Of a DNA stretch of 64,000 bases, positions 60,925-64,000 are shown piece after piece; within the stretch, counting starts at the first letter, position 1; each line of letters begins with the position of its first letter. The notes below the pieces were generated by a model. That model saw only the letters and a list, made by a program, of their open reading frames with translations, had not been told where the DNA came from and did not search any database. Source of the stretch: Mustelus asterias (Eukaryota); NCBI RefSeq assembly GCF_964213995.1, contig NC_135808.1, positions 101,370,001-101,434,000 on the forward strand, in the 5' to 3' direction. Made by a program: the position numbers and the translations under genes.

Positions 60925-61608
60925 TAAAAAAGCAAATTACTGCGGATGTTGGAATCTGAAACCAAAAGAGAAAGTGCTGGAAAATCTCAGCAGGTCTGGC
61001 ACCATCTGTAAGGAGAGAAAAGAGCTGACGTTTTGAGTCCAGGTGACCCTTTGTCAAAGCTAAAAGGCATAGAAAGTGGGAAATATTTATACTTCAGGGG
61101 GAGGGAATGAAAGATGAGTCATAGCCATAGAAACCAGGGGAAAAGACTGCTAATAGCTGTCCACAGAGAGAATAAAGTGTGTGAATGGCCAAATGGCAGA
61201 GAAGCTAAAATTAAGTTTTGGGGGGTGGGGGGGTGGGGGCTAGGGGGAAAGAGTGGGGGGGGGGGCTAGGGGGAAAGAGTGGGGGGGGGGAAGAAAAATG
61301 AAGAAAGACAATAAAGAAATAAAAAGTAGAGTACAGTAAAAAATTAAATAAAATAGAATGAAAACAAAGGGGTCGCGGTCTATGTGCAATCAGGACCCGG
61401 ACCTTCCGGTTGCTTGCCGTTTTAACACACGATCCTGCTCCCATGCCCACATGTCTGTCCTTGGCCTGCTGCAATGTTCCCGGGAAGCTCAACGCAAACT
61501 GGAGGAACAGCATCTCATCTTCCGGCTTGGCACTTTACAACCTTCCAGTCTCAACATCAAATTCAACAACTTCAGATGATTTGCTCTACCCCACCTCAAC
61601 CCCTTTGT
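60925..61608 (-). mobile_element. Penelope family B element with inverted 5' segment
   Basis: Minus pLTR 60925-61375; plus-strand GIY-YIG C-terminus LPVACRFN..RKLEEQHLIFRLGTLQPSSLN at 61376-61579. Confidence 0.85.
61023..61061 (-). ncRNA. Hammerhead-like motif with U3-A8 core variant
   Basis: agcu UUGACAA A GGGUC accug GACUC AAAA CG UC agcu. Confidence 0.6.
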
Positions 61609-62084
61609 CCTCTCTTAAGCTCGTAAAGCAGAACAAGCATTCAGCAGCAGGAAGGAAACCCCCCCCCACCCATCCCTCAACCGCCACACAGCACTATTTA
61701 ATGGAATTGCCAATCAGTTTTGGGTGAGTTGCTGGTTGGTTTCTAGGGCTTGTCACCGAGTTGGTAAGAAGTAACTGAGGTTTACTAGTACAGCGTTTAA
61801 AGATGGTAAAGTCTGTGGGGAGTGCAGTGGCACATGGTGAAATTTTTGATTCTCGGTTTAAAAGGTTCTGCTGAGGCCGCTTGCCCCCAGTCGTGGATCC
61901 TGCAGTTTCCAGCGCCCTCGTACGGGGAGAATGAGCAGAGGCAACGCAGCAGAGGTCGAGTTGCTTGAAGAGGGATGAGGGGGATTGCAGCATGAACCAT
62001 ATCCACTCTGTTTTCAGGGAGCAATTCTCTGAACTCAACATCAGCAAGGGAGATTGGATGGAATTTAATGCCCTCCTCTGAGGT

Positions 62085-62440
62085 GTGTTTGGAGGAAAGG
62101 GGCATTTAATCAGGCAGGATGGTAGAGTGGGGATCTCGCTGGGTTTCCACCTCTACCCTGATTAAGTCCGGTGCAGGAAGGCCCATCGACAGTCTTCCCA
62201 CCCTGCTCACAACTGAGGCCATAAAGTGGCCATTTTGCCTGAACAAGGGTCTCATTCTGCCATTGCTGATATTCAACCAGCAGCATTCAACTAGCAGTGG
62301 ACAGAGCAGTCACCAGAATTGGATCAAAAACAGGAACAAGTGGCTCAGAGAGTCCGGAAGCAAGGAGTGGGGGGTGGAGGGGAGGCGGGGGGGGGGGGGG
62401 GGGGACGGAAAGAAGAGAGGCCCATCTAGTCCACTGGCCT
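62085..62440. mobile_element. Degenerate MITE-like repeat (related pieces near 10960-11220 and 23840-23900)
   Basis: Shared GAGGCC..AAGTGGCCA..CTGCC..TGATATT motif and CCTGATTAA. Confidence 0.45.
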
Positions 62441-63299
62441 GTACTCCTTTCTGAATTGTTCAGATGATCAAAATGCTGAGACACAACTGAAAATTGGGGA
62501 TTTATTTCAATGGGAAGTGTCTTTTTAAGAACCCGTTATCAATATTTGTAAAGGTGTTGGGTGTAGTTTGGTTGGTCAGATTAAGAAAAATGTAGTGTTA
62601 AGTAGTTCAACAGAAAGTATTTACTAACCACTAGAAGCTCTATACAGAGTGACAGTCAAGGTCTGAGCTAGGAGTTGTCTCCATGCTTGTTTCTATACAT
62701 GGTTCTGTCCAATACTATACTGACTCCTCGGTGCAAACCATGTGTTCTCTTACATCACTGTGTGGGCTGTACTGTACTCAGTCTCATGTTAACTCCTTAC
62801 TTGCCAAACCCTTCTCACGTGAACGCTTTACGTGCCAGGCCCTCCAATACAATTATTATAAGCAGGAAGAGATCTATCCAGACAATTTGATAATCATGTC
62901 CAACAAACCAAAGCAAAATGCATAGGCAATGGGCATTCATGCCATTGGGAATCTTCGGTCCCAATGCAGTAAACAGAGATTTGGCTGAGCACCAAATTCT
63001 CCATCCTCTCTGGCAATGACGGTGGGTGTAAACAGCTGGAGTATTCCAATCATTGTCACAAAATTGGACTATATGTAATAGCAAATGTGAAGAGTCAGTA
63101 AGACTAGCCAACACAGTGGGGAAAATTTTAACTCCAAAAAATGGGTGTGTTTGTCATGCACTTTCACAGACTTAGAAACACAAAAGGTATTTACTAATAA
63201 GAAAAACCTGTACCAGTAATGTGGCCTTACTCCCCTACACAATCTACAGCCTAAGAGGGACGCCATGCTTGGGGTGATTATCCACTCTCAGTCACCATT

Positions 63300-63990
63300 G
63301 CAAACGTCAAAACAGCTTTCTCGAAAGTCAACCCACAGAAAGCGACTGGCCCAGATGGAGGATCCAGACGAGCACTCAGATCCTGTGCGGATTAGCTGGC
63401 GGGTGTGTTCGCAGACATCTTCAACCTCTGTTTACACCACTCTGAGGTCCCTATCTGCTTCAAGAAGATGACCATCATCCCGTAACCAAAGAAAAGTCAA
63501 GCAGCATGCCTTAATGATTATCGTCCGGTGGCCCTGACATCCATCCTTACGAAGTGCTTCAAAAGATAAATCATGGAATGAATCAATTCCGGCCTCCCAG
63601 ATTGCCTAGATCCACTACAGTTTGCCTATCGTCACAACAGGTCAACAGCAGTCACCATCTCCCTGGCCCTACATTCAACCCTGGAACAATAATCTCTCCC
63701 TCAATGTCAACAAAATGAAGGAGAAGTCATCGACTTCAGGAAGCATAGTGGAGGACATGTCCCTGTCTACATCAATGGAGATGAAGTAGAAATGATTGAG
63801 AGCTTCAAGTTTCTAGATGTCCCGATCACCAACAACCTGTCCTGGTCCCTCCATGCCAACTCTATAGTTAAGAAAGCCCAACAACATCTCTACTTCCTCA
63901 GGAGGCTAAGGAAATTTGACCTGTCCACTACGACTCTACGACAGATGAACCATAGAAAGTATTCTTTCTGATTGTATGACAGCTCCTGCT
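63300..63990 (+). mobile_element. Rex1/Babar-like LINE RT fragment with internal deletions
   Basis: KVNPQKATGPDG, AGVFADIFNL, LNDYRPVALTS, DPLQFAY, KKAQQHLYFLRRLRKF. Confidence 0.85.
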
Positions 63991-64000
63991 CTGTCCAAGA

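Overview
Repeat-dense, AT-rich vertebrate DNA. The repeat set (HE1-type V-SINEs, HER1/CR1 LINEs, DeuSINE-like and MetaSINE-like elements) points to a cartilaginous fish, most likely a shark (inference). I recognise no host protein-coding exon, rRNA, true tRNA gene or CRISPR array, so the window looks intronic or intergenic. Every ORF I could assign is transposon-derived. Contents: about 15 CR1 LINE pieces (one with an uninterrupted 528-aa RT ORF), about 18 V-SINEs of two tail types, Rex1-like and older CR1/L2-group LINE fragments, one fossil Gypsy LTR retrotransposon with both LTRs, PBS and PPT (12485-19164), Harbinger-like MITEs, and two families of Penelope-like elements (PLEs). The PLEs are the most interesting signal. 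They carry minimal hammerhead ribozymes with visible stem covariation and a U3-A8 core variant. They also occur as ~200-bp self-complementary mini-elements with a hammerhead on each strand and 10-14 bp target-site duplications, and all their tail-less ends stop at the same position. Several multi-layer nested insertions give a relative chronology. A few TE-free, motif-rich blocks are candidate conserved non-coding elements. Family names come from my recall of consensus features, not from database searches.
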